From: Octopus sinensis | Taxonomy: Eukaryota | NCBI RefSeq assembly: GCF_006345805.1 | Contig: NC_043002.1 | Location: 28,148,001 to 28,212,000 of the forward strand | Direction: 5' to 3' | DNA length: 64,000 nucleotides | Shown: in pieces, positions 14,811 through 26,409 of the stretch | How the letters are laid out: each line of letters starts with the position of its first letter | How positions within the stretch are numbered: the first letter of the stretch is position 1 | Notes under the pieces: model-generated | Seen by the model: the letters and a program-made list of their open reading frames with translations, nothing else | What the model was told of the DNA's origin: nothing | The model's database searches: none | Position numbers and translations under genes: made by a program

Positions 14811-16770
14811 GTTAATGTGGAAACTAATGTCAAGTGGTTAGCCGGTGAACTGTATAGATACCAGGAAACAGCTGCTACCTATTGAACAGAAAGGTTACCA
14901 AAAGAAGAACCGGGGAACGAAGGGACAGCTCTTAATTGATAATCTAATTATCAGGAACTGCAAGAGAAGACGCAAAATTCTGAGCATGGCATGGGTTGAC
15001 TATCATAAAGCACACGATATGATACCACACTCATGGATAATAAAAACAATGGAAATGTATAGAGTAGCAAGGAATATGTGTAGCCTTAAATGCAATAACA
15101 TGAAATGCTGGAGAGCGGAATTGACAACAGGGAATCAAGTATTAGGAGAGATGAAATCAAGAGAGGTATCTTCCAGGGGAACAGTGTGTCCTCATTGACC
15201 TTCGTGCTGACAATGATCTCCTTGAATAAAATACTACGGAAAACAAAGTTAGGATATAATCTGGGAAGAGGTAAGGGAAAACTGCACCACTTGCTGTTCA
15301 TGGACAACCTGAAGCTATTCACAAAATGTGAAGTAGAACCAGGACATCCAGTCTGTGTGGATTTTCTCCAGTGACATTAAGATGGAGTTTGGACTTTCAA
15401 AATGTGCTACGATGGTGACAAGACGAAGAAAGCTTTTCAGAACAGAAGGCATAGTGTTATCAAGTGGTGAAAGGATGAAGGCAATTCAACCTCAATCCAG
15501 GAATAACTACCTGGGAATTTTTGAGGCAGATGGAATCAAACAGAACGACATGAAGGAAAAGACAAAAAGATTGTACCTGCGGCGAGTGGGAAAAATATTG
15601 GTTTCAAAGCTAAATGTTAGAAATATAATTTCAGCAATAAACTCGCGCGCAGTCGCAGTAGTTCGGTATGGTGTTGGAATCCTGAAGTGGACAAAGGAAG
15701 AAATAAAGGAGATGGACAGGATGTCAAGAAGCTTTCTAACAATGCATGGTGTCCATCATCCACGTACGGACACAGACCGCCTATATATGACGAGAGCAAA
15801 TGGAAGAAGAGGACTGATAAGTGTGGAACACTGCGCGTGTATCGAACTCGAGAGCTTAATGAGATACCTAACCCAAAATAAGGGAACCTTGCTAGTGACG
15901 GTTAGGGACAAGAGAGTACTGAAAGATCAAAGGAAGAAGTGCAAAAATGGCTTGAAGATTAATTACGCACGAAGGGACTACGCAGTCTTTTCCATGCAGC
16001 CACAACAGAAGCTGCTGAAAATTATAGTTGGGATTGGTTGATGAAATGAACGCTAATAAACGAGACCGTGAGCACTATACTGGCAGCGCAAGACCAAGCT
16101 TTGGCCACGAAATGGAGGGTCAATTTAGGAATGAGCAAGTGTCTCCGCTGTGTCGCATCTGCAATAGAGTGGGTGAAACCATTTCCCATATCACGAACAG
16201 ATGCCCAACACTTGCCCCAAACTACTACAAGTTGTGGCGATGTGATCAGGTAGAGAAAGTGATACATTGGAAATTTGTGCTAAAAGTGGGGGCTAGAGAG
16301 AGGCAAGACGTGGTATGAGAACAAACCCCAGAGTGTGGCAGAGTCGGAGACTAGCAAAATCCTCTATGATCCAAACAGATCAGATGCTACAACATTACAA
16401 ACCGGACATAGTGGTGGTGGACAAGATACACCACATAAGCTATATAGTTGGTGTTGCATGCCACTTTCACTCACGATTATTCGAGAAGGAAGGTGAAAAA
16501 TAAATACAACCCTCTTAAGTACGAAAAAATCCGGCTATGGAAAATGAAGAAGGTGAAAATAGTGCCAATTATTGTTGGATCCTTGTCGATTCAGAAGTCA
16601 TTAAAGGGAATATAATGGAAATTGGAATAGAGTACCCAGTAGAACTGTTACAAAAGGTTTGCCTCCTTGACATGGACAGAATAATCAGGAAAATATTGGA
16701 TAGCTGAAAAGAATGGATGGCATGGTACCGTAGGATGCAATGCCCACTATGCATGTGCATCGCAATTTTT
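14811..16770 (+). mobile_element. R4/Dong-like non-LTR retrotransposon, element 2, 5' truncated
   Basis: EQKG...GTKGQLLID...MAWVDYHKAHDMIPHSW, RGIFQGNSVSSLTFVL, HLLFMDNLKLF, TDRLYMTRANGRRG, CRICNRVGETISHITNRC, HYKPDIVVVDK. Confidence 0.88.
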
Positions 16771-16922
16771 ATTGTTGGTGTTGTTATGCTTTGTGGAGTT
16801 TTTCGCTTGTGCTTTCTTTTCTGTTTTTTTTTGGGGGGGGGGCTTTTGGTTTTCGTTCATCTTCACTACACGAAGACGAGGGATTTATGGCTGTAAGTGT
16901 GCCTGTGTTTGTGTTTATATTC

Positions 16923-18302
16923 TTATTTATTTGTGTGGGGTTGGGGAGAGCTTTCCTCGTTTCCTTCTAGAGTGGACAATGTCTTTGGTAGCGTTTCGTT
17001 CGTTGTTGCTGGCGGTTTTGTCGGTCCTGGTGCTGGGGCTGGTATTGGTTGTGGTCCTGTTTCCGGTGCAGGCAACAGTGGCGGTCTCTGACCCCTTGGA
17101 CATTTTATTAATTGAGGGCAGAAGGCTCGCAAATGAGTGGTTTCTCCACAAACGAAACAATGCGGCCTTCTGCCCTCAGTCATTATCAAAGACGAATGTG
17201 GTCCGGAATTCTTTTGAAGTTTACGGGCTTGATCTGGAGAAGTATCTCCAGATCCACCCCGGACCTGTCCTCCCTGGCAGTCTTTGTCAACTCTATCGGG
17301 ACGGTATCTGACACTTGCTCGATTACGCATTCCTGAAGCTACCACTTGTCAAGTCCTGGTGTAATACTAGGAATGCAGACACGCGCTATTCTTTTTCCTG
17401 TGAGGGATGGGTACAAAATGACCTTGCTTGTTTTGCAAGGGGTCATTGAGTGATTTATAGCTAGGGCTTCTGACTTAAAAAGCACCGAAATGGTGCCATA
17501 TTGTTTGCCCCTCGCTATGTACTCGCTATCATCCCTGATACATCTCAGCGCAGCTTCAATATCTGCTTGGGCTGTTATTGCTTGTTTTTTTTCTCTGCTG
17601 AGATGCGTCTGAAATGAACTGTTTTTTCTTCACTGCTTCAATTGCCCCTTTCGGGATGGTTAAGATGGCCCAGGTTTGCTCATGTTTTATTATTTTCTAG
17701 GCTAAGGCCAACTTTTCCTTTTTCTTTGTGAGGTCTATGATGTAACGTGATCTAATCTTGGCTGCTGCTGCGAACGTGTTCTTATTGGCATTGTTGTTCT
17801 TGTTGATCGTGTTGGTGTTGATTTTATTGCCATTGTTATTGTTGTCGCTACTGCTGCTGTTGCTGCTTGTTGTGGTGGTGGGGTTGTAGCCACTTGGTTT
17901 GTTGCCACTATCACCGCTACCACTGCTGACTTCAATTTCTTCTCCACCACTGCTATTGTTGGTTCTGCTGCAGCCGTCTGTGTTGCTATCACTGCGACTG
18001 CTGCTGGTATTGTTGCTGTTCTTGTTACTGATAAAACCTGTCGTGGCGTTACAACCTTTGCTGTCTCCACCACCACTATCACTACTGTTTCTACCACATT
18101 CACCATCGACACTCCTGTCACTGGTGCCGTTTTTGTGGTAACTAATTTCATAAGCTTCGCGAGCTTTCACATTGCTTAGGCTATTGTTGTTGTTGTTGTT
18201 GTCGCAGGGAGTGAGTGATATGAGGTGGAAATCTTCTTCTGTGGCTTTCCACCTCAGCGCTTCCATGGTTGCTGATGCCGATGATAGTAGTGATAATGAC
18301 AA
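16923..18302 (-). pseudogene. Decayed gag-like / LINE ORF1-like protein with CCHC zinc knuckle
   Basis: CFVCGETTHLRAFC (CX2CX4HX4C) at 17118-17159. Upstream frames with stops and frameshifts give GKRIARVCIP and DLEILLQ, and the N-terminus is Ser/Asn-rich low complexity (ORF 17697-18302). No ORF2 follows. Confidence 0.6.
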
Positions 18303-19573
18303 AGCTATCGTGTGTGTTTGTGTTTTTACAGAAGACAGAGCGTTTTCTGAATTCAGTGGATAATTAAATGAATAAATTCTGCCTTTACGGGGGAAGAAAT
18401 AACTACCGAAATCCTATCAACAAGTTCTAAGTATTCTTATTCTCTGTTTATAAGAAAAATTAATAACATAATTTGCACAGACAAGGGGAAAGGCACAATT
18501 TAAAGCAGGAGTTATCAAGCGTTTTCGATACAACGCCATACGAATCCCGCAGCGAAGAAAGAAGGAGAAGGAGGGGCAGGAACAAAATACATCAAAATTG
18601 GTAGACGTTATGGTTGAAAATGGGAAGTCCTATAAGGAATCGGTTTATCGATTTTTTAAAATTCTGATTAAATGGAAAACTCCATAAGGAATCAATTTAT
18701 TGACTTTTCACCCAAAATAGGACTTAACCGAACATTGCTGATTCAAAAACATCTATATTTATACTTTAAAGTTGGTTTTCATACCCAACCCAGTTCTGCA
18801 GAATCAGTGTCGCGACGGCGGCGCATGGGTTGGGAGTTTCATCGGCAGAAGTGATCATGTTGCATATGCCAACCCTTTTGAGAACACCAACCCCATCATG
18901 TAACCCCACTTTGCCCATGGGTTGGGAACTCTTCCAGCAAGGAAAATAGAACGCCCAAAAGGGCCCCCGATCCTCTGTGCGAAAAGCGGTTATGTTCAGA
19001 TTACAACTAAGTATATATATATAGGCAATACACACACAAACATAGACGTGCGTATCACATACATAGCGTCTTGAACATTTTATATCTGGCGGTATATATC
19101 TCTTCAGTCGATTTCTTCCTGATGGGGAAAAAGGGAAAGAACAATCGACTCCAGAATTTAACTGGTAGCTTGTTCATCAACACTAGACAATTATAATTCA
19201 ATTTTGATCCCAGCTACATTTGAACTCAGAGAATAGAGAGCCGGAACGATTATTGCAAAACAATTTATGCGATGTTCCATCGGCTCTGCAATTTGACAGA
19301 ACTTAATGTATTAAGAATAATCAATATTTTTCGTAATAGTACCACGATCAGTATGACACATTGCAATTAGCTCTCCTGATCAACAATTCTGTTGCAGTTA
19401 CCTGCACTATGTACAGTGGTAATGGAAAGCAACAGTAAAAGCAGTTGCAGTACTATAAGGTTGAGAACCTGTACAAATAGGTTTCCATTCGTGATTCCAA
19501 CAAATTTATTGGATTTTTATCTTTCAATTCATTATATTACCTCAAAAACATAATGTGATATGATGTGAGAAAT

Positions 19574-19606
<33 letters not shown>

Positions 19607-19626
19607 TGTGTGTGTGTGTATGCATG

Positions 19627-19664
<38 letters not shown>

Positions 19665-19882
19665 GTGTGCGTGTTTGCATGGACAGATATATCTGACTAT
19701 ATGGGCATATACATTGTTATGCAAACACTCACACGTACACAGAAATACTCACCTGCACGAAAACGTTCTATCAATGTATACACTTTCCATTTACCTTATT
19801 AATTACCATATATATACATACATACATACATACATACATACACGCAGCATACATACATACATACATACACACACACACACGA

Positions 19883-19933
<51 letters not shown>

Positions 19934-19946
19934 ATATATATGGATG

Positions 19947-20324
19947 GAAGCACTCCGTCGGTTACGACGACGAGGGTTCCGGTTGATCCGAATCAACGGA
20001 ACAGTCTGCTCGTGAAATTAACCTGTAAGTAGCTGAGCACTCCACAGACACGTGTACCCATAACGTAGTTCTCGGGGATATTCAGCGTGACACAGAGAGT
20101 GACAAGGCCGGCCCTTTGAAATACAGGTACAACAGAAACAGAAGTAAGAGTGAGAGAAAGTTGTGGTGAAAGAGTACAGCAGGATCACCACCATCCCCTG
20201 CGGAGCCGCGTGGAGCTTTAGGTGTTTTCGCTCAATAAACACTCACAACGCCGGTTTGGGAATCGAAACCGTGATCCTATGACCGCGAGTCCGCTGCCCT
20301 AACCATTGGGCCATTGCGCCTCCA
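19947..20324 (-). mobile_element. tRNA-derived SINE, family 1, full copy
   Basis: TGGCCCAATGG A-box and GGTTTCGATTCCC B-box. Colinear with 429-781. Confidence 0.88.
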
Positions 20325-20384
20325 CATATATATATATATATATACATACATACACAATACATATATATTCAGCAAAATTTAGAT

Positions 20385-20900
20385 TCAAATGAATGTGGTA
20401 CTTAAATTAGATGCACCAGAATTTTGTACGGTGTTATCCATATAAATCCATGGGGTGATTATAATCAAAATAAGCAACAAGAATATCTTTGGTAATTTGG
20501 TACGATCGTTTCACGCTACATAATTTTATTAAACATTATAAGTATTACAACAGTTTTAAAATGTTGAGCAATCATCAGCCGTTTATAGAGGTTTTCCGTC
20601 AATACGTATACTTATTTTCATGTTAATTTATAACATTATAAAGAGGGTAGATATACAGACAGAGATATTGATTTGAATGTTAAGGTATTAGAATTTATCT
20701 TCTGACTGAAGAATATTCTTTAAGTTATTTTGAATTGCTAGAAAGTAGGGAGGGAACTTCTGTTGAATGGAGACAAAAGAGATTTTCTATTTATAGAAGT
20801 AGGTAGGGGTGAAATAAATGTCAAAAGTTATATCCAATAACTGTGGACAAAAGTCTTATTAATTAAGTTAATATATTAGGGGTCAATGATATATATTAGA
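20385..20900 (-). mobile_element. Penelope-like element 3' end / pLTR fragment
   Basis: Contains a hammerhead-like motif. The 20385-20500 segment is homologous to 53990-54095. Confidence 0.55.
20497..20582 (-). ncRNA. Hammerhead ribozyme-like motif, degenerate minimal type I
   Basis: GG-CTGATGA-TTGCT...AATAAA...TAGCGT-GAAAC-GATC-GTA-CC. Stem I is only 2 bp and 10.1-11.1 is T-T. Confidence 0.55.
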
Positions 20901-21072
20901 AACAGCGGAAGAGGACTAATCAAGATGAGTCGTTTTCTTATGTTTAGTAGATGGTAATTCATTTTTAGGAAGAGAAGTATTGTGGGGATTACTCTCAGGA
21001 ATCAAGGAGGTAATACTGTCTAAGGAGAGATTAAAGATGGTAGTAGATTGGTCTATGTTATTAACATATATA

Positions 21073-21108
<36 letters not shown>

Positions 21109-21217
21109 TGTATGTATGTATGTATGTATGTATGTATGTATGCATGTATGTATGTATGTATGTATGTATGATGTATGTATGTATGTATGTATGTATGCAT
21201 GTATGTATGCATGTATG

Positions 21218-21274
<57 letters not shown>

Positions 21275-21399
21275 GTTTAAATATTTGTTGTGCAAGATTT
21301 TTTATGTGAAGTCGTGTGTTGAAACAGATATTGTTATATTCGGAATGGTCACATTGCCAGTTTAGCCAATAAGAACACACGCACTATATATTTGGTGTT

Positions 21400-21822
21400 A
21401 TTTTGCTTCAGTGTTATTTATTTTTTACATTAATCTTAATCTTATTTCGGCCAGAGTTCTTTCGTCACACTCCTGTGACCGCATCAGTGGTCCTTTGTTT
21501 CTTCTTTCTTATTTGTGTCTCTTCTTACTAACCGTCAGCATTTGTATTTCTATTGTATGTCTTCATTTGCGCATGCTTATATCTCTATGTGCGTCTATGT
21601 TTATTTAGTGTGTGTATGTGGGGGGATGCCTGTAATATTTGTATCTTCTGTTTATATACGTCATGTAATTTGTATTTTGTTTTTGTTGTTTTTGTTTATT
21701 CTTATTTAGTTCATGTGTTTACATCCACTTATTATTATCATTTCATATGGTTGTATGTATGTATGTATGTATGTATGTATGTATAACAACAATACTAGTA
21801 ATAATAATAATAAATCGAATCG

Positions 21823-21857
<35 letters not shown>

Positions 21858-22900
21858 TTTATTTCTATTTGTTTATTTATCTGTGTATTTATTATGATTT
21901 CGGGATCCTCTATCGCCATATGTTGTGGTGTGTGCTAGTGCTCCATTCTAGTTTTCTATTCAGGCTAGGTTTATTTTCTATTATGTGTGTAGCTTTTGTT
22001 TAATTGTTGCATCTGTTCTATGTGTGGACAATATTTTAATTTCTATGTTATTGATTGATCCCCCGTGTTCCTGTTCGGCGTGTTGGTACAGAATCGATGA
22101 GCTTTTACCTTCCTTGAGTTGTCTCCAATGTTCATTTACCCGCTCTCCTATGATTTTTGCCGTTTCCCCTACGTATGTCGTTGTCTTGTTACTGCATCGT
22201 CCCTCTATACATCTTATACTATAGACTACATTTCTGGCTTTACAGTTTGTTTGTGGGCTAAATCTACATACAGTACAGTACTTATCGGTACAGGGGATTC
22301 TACTAAAAGGATAGGTTCTACCAATTATAGATTTGATAGGGTTGCCTGGCTTTTCAACAACCTTAATTCTTAGCTTAAGTTTGTCTAGGGTCCTTCTAAA
22401 GCGGTACGCCAGTTCACCTCCAGGGGTGGTGTCAACGAACATGACACTCTGGTATTTATGGCTATCATACCAAGAGTTGGCCTTCCCTATTTTCTTTTTT
22501 GTCCTTTCTATAGTGTTCCATGACTTGTTCCTATAGAGTGGGCAAATCCCATTCCTATCATTACATAATATATTATCAAATTTCTTCATGGCTCCTTTGT
22601 ATACTCTGATCCTTTCATTATGGCTGTAACCTGAGAACTGCATGCGGTGAATGAAATATTGTATGTGTCTCTTTAACTCTGTGGGCTCGCACATGCGTGA
22701 CACATTTCTCATTATTCTGACGAGGTCTGCCATCAAAATATTGAATTTGGCATTGTCCGCAATGGCTGAGTTCCGGTGGATCAAGTATTTTGAGGCCATA
22801 GGTTTGGCATAGTATGAATGAAGGATTTGGGTTTTATTATTCACAATTTCTAGTCAGAGTTCAGTGTCTAGTACTGGTAGTCTATGGTTGGGGTGTTTAG
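21400..22900 (-). mobile_element. Penelope-like element, 5' truncated: RT thumb plus GIY-YIG endonuclease
   Basis: ORF 21981-22844 with YYAKPMAS, FSGYS, C-x2-C/CKARNVVYSIRC, YVGETAKIIGERVNEH and LYQHAEQEH. After a frameshift, HIIENKPSLNRKLEW. Upstream LPVLDTEL at about 22860-22885. Confidence 0.9.
21450..21491 (-). ncRNA. Hammerhead-like motif in the 3' region of the PLE
   Basis: GACCA-CTGATGCG-GTCAC AGGAGT GTGAC-GAAAG AA CTC-TGGCC. Perfect 5-bp stem II but a deviant core. Confidence 0.45.
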
Positions 22901-23036
22901 TTTTCCAGCAGATCGCTTAATTTCTGCGTGTTTTTCCCCCAAATATCTACTTCATTGGTGGTAACAAGCATAACTTCCTCAATTGACCCCACATATTTCA
23001 CATGTCTTCAACGAGGACTGTGCATAATCCTTAAAT
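22900..23036 (-). repeat. Exact 137-bp duplicate of 23740-23876 (RTE fragment)
   Basis: Line-by-line identity with an offset of 840 bp. Confidence 0.92.
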
Positions 23037-23046
23037 ATATATATAT

Positions 23047-23368
23047 GTCAGGTCACTTTCGAGTGCTACTGGTAACATGTAACCCAGTGCAACCTGTTGC
23101 ATGGCCGGGTCGTCGGTGACTAAACTGGCAACCCCACCAAGCTTTCTTGGTGAGGAGGGTGTTTATTGGACACCCTGCGGGAGGAAAAACAAAACCCGTC
23201 AAAAGGCGGAAGAACTCTTGAGAGTCAACGGCCATCCAATAAATGTCTTAAAGATGTATCATGCGCGGGGACATAGAAATAATCGGACTGAATACCCGAT
23301 CGCGCGGTTAAACCATTGGGAGTGAAGCACTCCTAAACTTTGTTAGGGCAACCTTCTAGAAGGTAACT
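23047..23368 (+). mobile_element. Short RTE-5'UTR-like element followed by (TATG)n
   Basis: HDV-like fold with GACTAA J4/2, and GGGCAACCTTCTAGAAGGTAACTC resembling RTE 5'UTR motifs. No ORF follows. Confidence 0.5.
23071..23128 (+). ncRNA. HDV-like ribozyme fold, P1 partly degenerate
   Basis: P2 CCAGT/ACTGG, P3 GCA/TGC, L3 ACCTGT, P1.1 CC/GG, P4 TCG/TGA, J4/2 CTAA. P1 GGTAAC/ATGGCC pairs at 4 of 6 positions. Confidence 0.6.
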
Positions 23369-23551
23369 CAGCCCTCCTATGTATGTATGTATGTATGTAT
23401 GTATGTATGTATGTATGTATGTATGTATGTATGTATGTATGTATGTATGTATGTATGTATGTATGTATGTATGTATGTATGTATGTATGTGTGCGTGTAT
23501 GTATGTATGCATGTATATGAATATGCATATATTTTCGTATGTATATATGTA

Positions 23552-23940
23552 TGATGATGAGGCCGTTCAACCGTGACCGAGAAAGACCGTCACTGATCAT
23601 TACGAACATTGTACTCTCAGACAAATGAATGCTTTACCCTTGTGACTTCACTGGTGAGTAATGAGCTCAGTTTTTCACATACGTACTCGACCGCAGATAT
23701 TGCAGACTAAGCTTCCTCAGTCCACTACACTAGCGGTGCGTTTTCCAGCAGATCGCTTAATTTCTGCGTGTTTTTCCCCCAAATATCTACTTCATTGGTG
23801 GTAACAAGCATAACTTCCTCAATTGACCCCACATATTTCACATGTCTTCAACGAGGACTGTGCATAATCCTTAAATCGAAGTCTTGGTTTCTGCTGAGGG
23901 TGCCTTCCACAAGCAAGTTCGCCAAATACCATCTACGTAT
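23552..23940 (-). mobile_element. RTE LINE 3'-terminal fragment
   Basis: Homologous to 27551-27930. Encodes an RTE C-terminus-like FKDYAQSSLKTC and CNICGR motif. Confidence 0.7.
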
Positions 23941-24157
23941 GTGTGTGGATATATATATATATCTTCGTGACACACACACAGACAAGGACAAGCATGCATA
24001 CACAACCCAATAGCTTTCTTCTCCTACTCCTCCCATTTTAGCAGCTGTCACGGAGATATCCGAAGTGAATTGTCGAGATGTCACGATAACAACCGAGTGT
24101 TTATTTTAGTTTTGTCGAATTAAAACGAAGGATTGCCATATATATATATATATATAT

Positions 24158-24355
24158 AAACAATTGCAGCGTGGAAGGTGTTAGAGTCAGTGAACAGGTT
24201 GTGGTCTCAAAGCGACGAAAACATTTTGACCAATTAAGTTTAAATGTCGAAGTGAATCTAACGGTTTTTGTATGTTTCTTAAATGGCTTATAAACACCTT
24301 CCACGCTGCAATTGTTTTCGTTCCAGCACACGATCTTAGATCAGGTCACTTGCTG
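24158..24355. repeat. Short repeat element with a perfect 25-bp inverted repeat
   Basis: AAACAATTGCAGCGTGGAAGGTGTT (24158-24182) and its reverse complement (24293-24317). Confidence 0.8.
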
Positions 24356-24371
24356 TGCAAGTACATCTCCG

Positions 24372-24408
<37 letters not shown>

Positions 24409-25219
24409 GAGAGAGCTTAGCAAATGGCTTCCCTAACTGCATTAAAAATATAACATGATTTGATCACTATTTCTCTTTGAGCATATAAACAACAAATTTG
24501 GCTGGGGCAAAATGAGTAAACCAAGATAAGGCAAGTTTGCGCTTCAATTCTCCAGAATCACATTTGAAAACAGACTTATACACATCAATATCCATCCCTA
24601 GACATCAGAAAGATCAGAAATGCAAAACAAAAAACAAAAAAAATATTAAATATCTAAATCAAACGAAAGAAGATCAAAGAAAAATAGCACTTGATATGAA
24701 ATTAACGAAACTCGACTAAAAAAAACAATCAGCATAAAATATTCTCTATAGCTTCTTCACAATCCAATGAAATTTCTCTTTTCGTGATATATTTACTCTC
24801 CAAGTAGTTAAAGAGAAAAAATTATTGAAGTTAGTAATTACTCATTTTACCCCATTTTAGACATTCTTTTGAAACTTGAAAATTACAAAATAAGACATTA
24901 AGTATGGGGAAAAATTGACTTGGCATCCAACAGAGAAAAGAATATTGATTGTTTAACACCAAAAATTATCCCGATATTCTATTAGCTCCCTCAATTACAA
25001 TCGGGTCAAAACTGAAGAAAAAATTCTTATAAAAATGTACCTGATACCTGACTATGTTTCGTATTCTCTCACCTTCAACAACAACAACTACACTGACCAA
25101 TTTTTAGTCCCAATGATAATGCAATAATTTCAAACTGGTAGGGAGAAAATACCGAGATATCGGAAATTACACATTTTACCCTGTTACTAATTTCCCCCAC
25201 CCCACCAATACATGAGTGC

Positions 25220-25256
<37 letters not shown>

Positions 25257-25444
25257 GTGTGTATGTATTAACACACACACACACTCGTGTCTGTGTATGT
25301 AAGCATACACACGGATATTGTATTTTTAATTATAGACTCACGATTTCGACTTACAAGTTGAGTGGTTGTTTGCGCGCGTGTGTGTGTTTGTACGTGTGTT
25401 TGTGTGTGTGTATGTGTGTGATTGCTTGTGTGTGTGTGTGTATG

Positions 25445-26385
25445 TGTGTGTGTGTATGAGTGTAATCGAGATACAGAGAGATATTGGACCGAGTTAGTTA
25501 AAAGATATAATTTGAGACTTCGTTCAATATTTTTTAATGAATTTAATAAGGTCGCTTACTTTACAATCAGTGTAAACTTTAGAATGGTTTCTCCGTGAAT
25601 AAAACAGAGACGAGCAATGTCAATACCTAAGACTGATAAGATACAAAACAATACCAATTTCCTCTTTAGAAAGCGGTCTTTTCAGCTTTGTGATAAATGA
25701 CTTGACCAAATACAATTTTATAGGTATTAAAGAAATAATGAATACTTTTCAGGTGAATTGATAAGGTACTTTACCTTCAATGCTGACTTTAGATGACTTC
25801 GCGAAGATTTCGAAGATCAAGCGAAAGAGATTTCACTCTCAGCATTTAGCAGACGATATCTGCTGTTGAACGTTGCTGTCGTCTGCTCCAACTCCAAACT
25901 AGAAAAATCCGGTTGATTCTGGATGATTTCGGTTGAAACGCTGTTTGTAAAATAACTGTGTGTGTGTGTGTGAGGGAGAGAGAGGGGGAGGAGAAAAAGA
26001 GAGAGAGGAAGGGAGGGAGAGAGAGAGAGAAACAGAGAGAAACAGAGAGGAAGAATCTGAGTGAGTGTGTGAATGAATGAGGGAGAGAGAAAAAGATGGA
26101 AAGACAGAAGGGAGACGGGAGAGGAATAGTGATAGGTAAGTGAAGGGGAGAAAGACTGTAATAGAGAATGAGTTGAAAACAGGAAAACAGAAAGGTATAT
26201 AAAAGATAGGGAGATAGGGAGACAGGGAGGGAGAGGGAGGGAGAGAAAGATGAAGGAAGGAAAGAAGGAGAGAGAGAAAGAGAGAGGGGGCGAGGAGACG
26301 TGAGCAAAAGGGTGATAGGAGAAAGACAGAGTAAAAGAATGGTTCGCAAACAGGAAAATAGAAAGGAGTGTCAATGATGAAGAGT
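25445..26385. repeat. Local duplication unit, copy 1
   Basis: Colinear with 28305-29215, including unique AT-rich sequence and a GA-rich tract. Confidence 0.9.
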
Positions 26386-26409
26386 CAGGAAACAGAGAGG
26401 AAGAGAAAA

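Noticed and set aside
25848-25890. AGCAGACGA/TCGTCTGCT hairpin as a possible pre-miRNA
   Set aside because: The stem is too short, about 10 bp.
25817-26374. Leu/Ser-rich 185-aa ORF and its duplicate at 28675-29408
   Set aside because: Mostly translation of a CT-rich tract. The reading frames are not conserved between the two copies.
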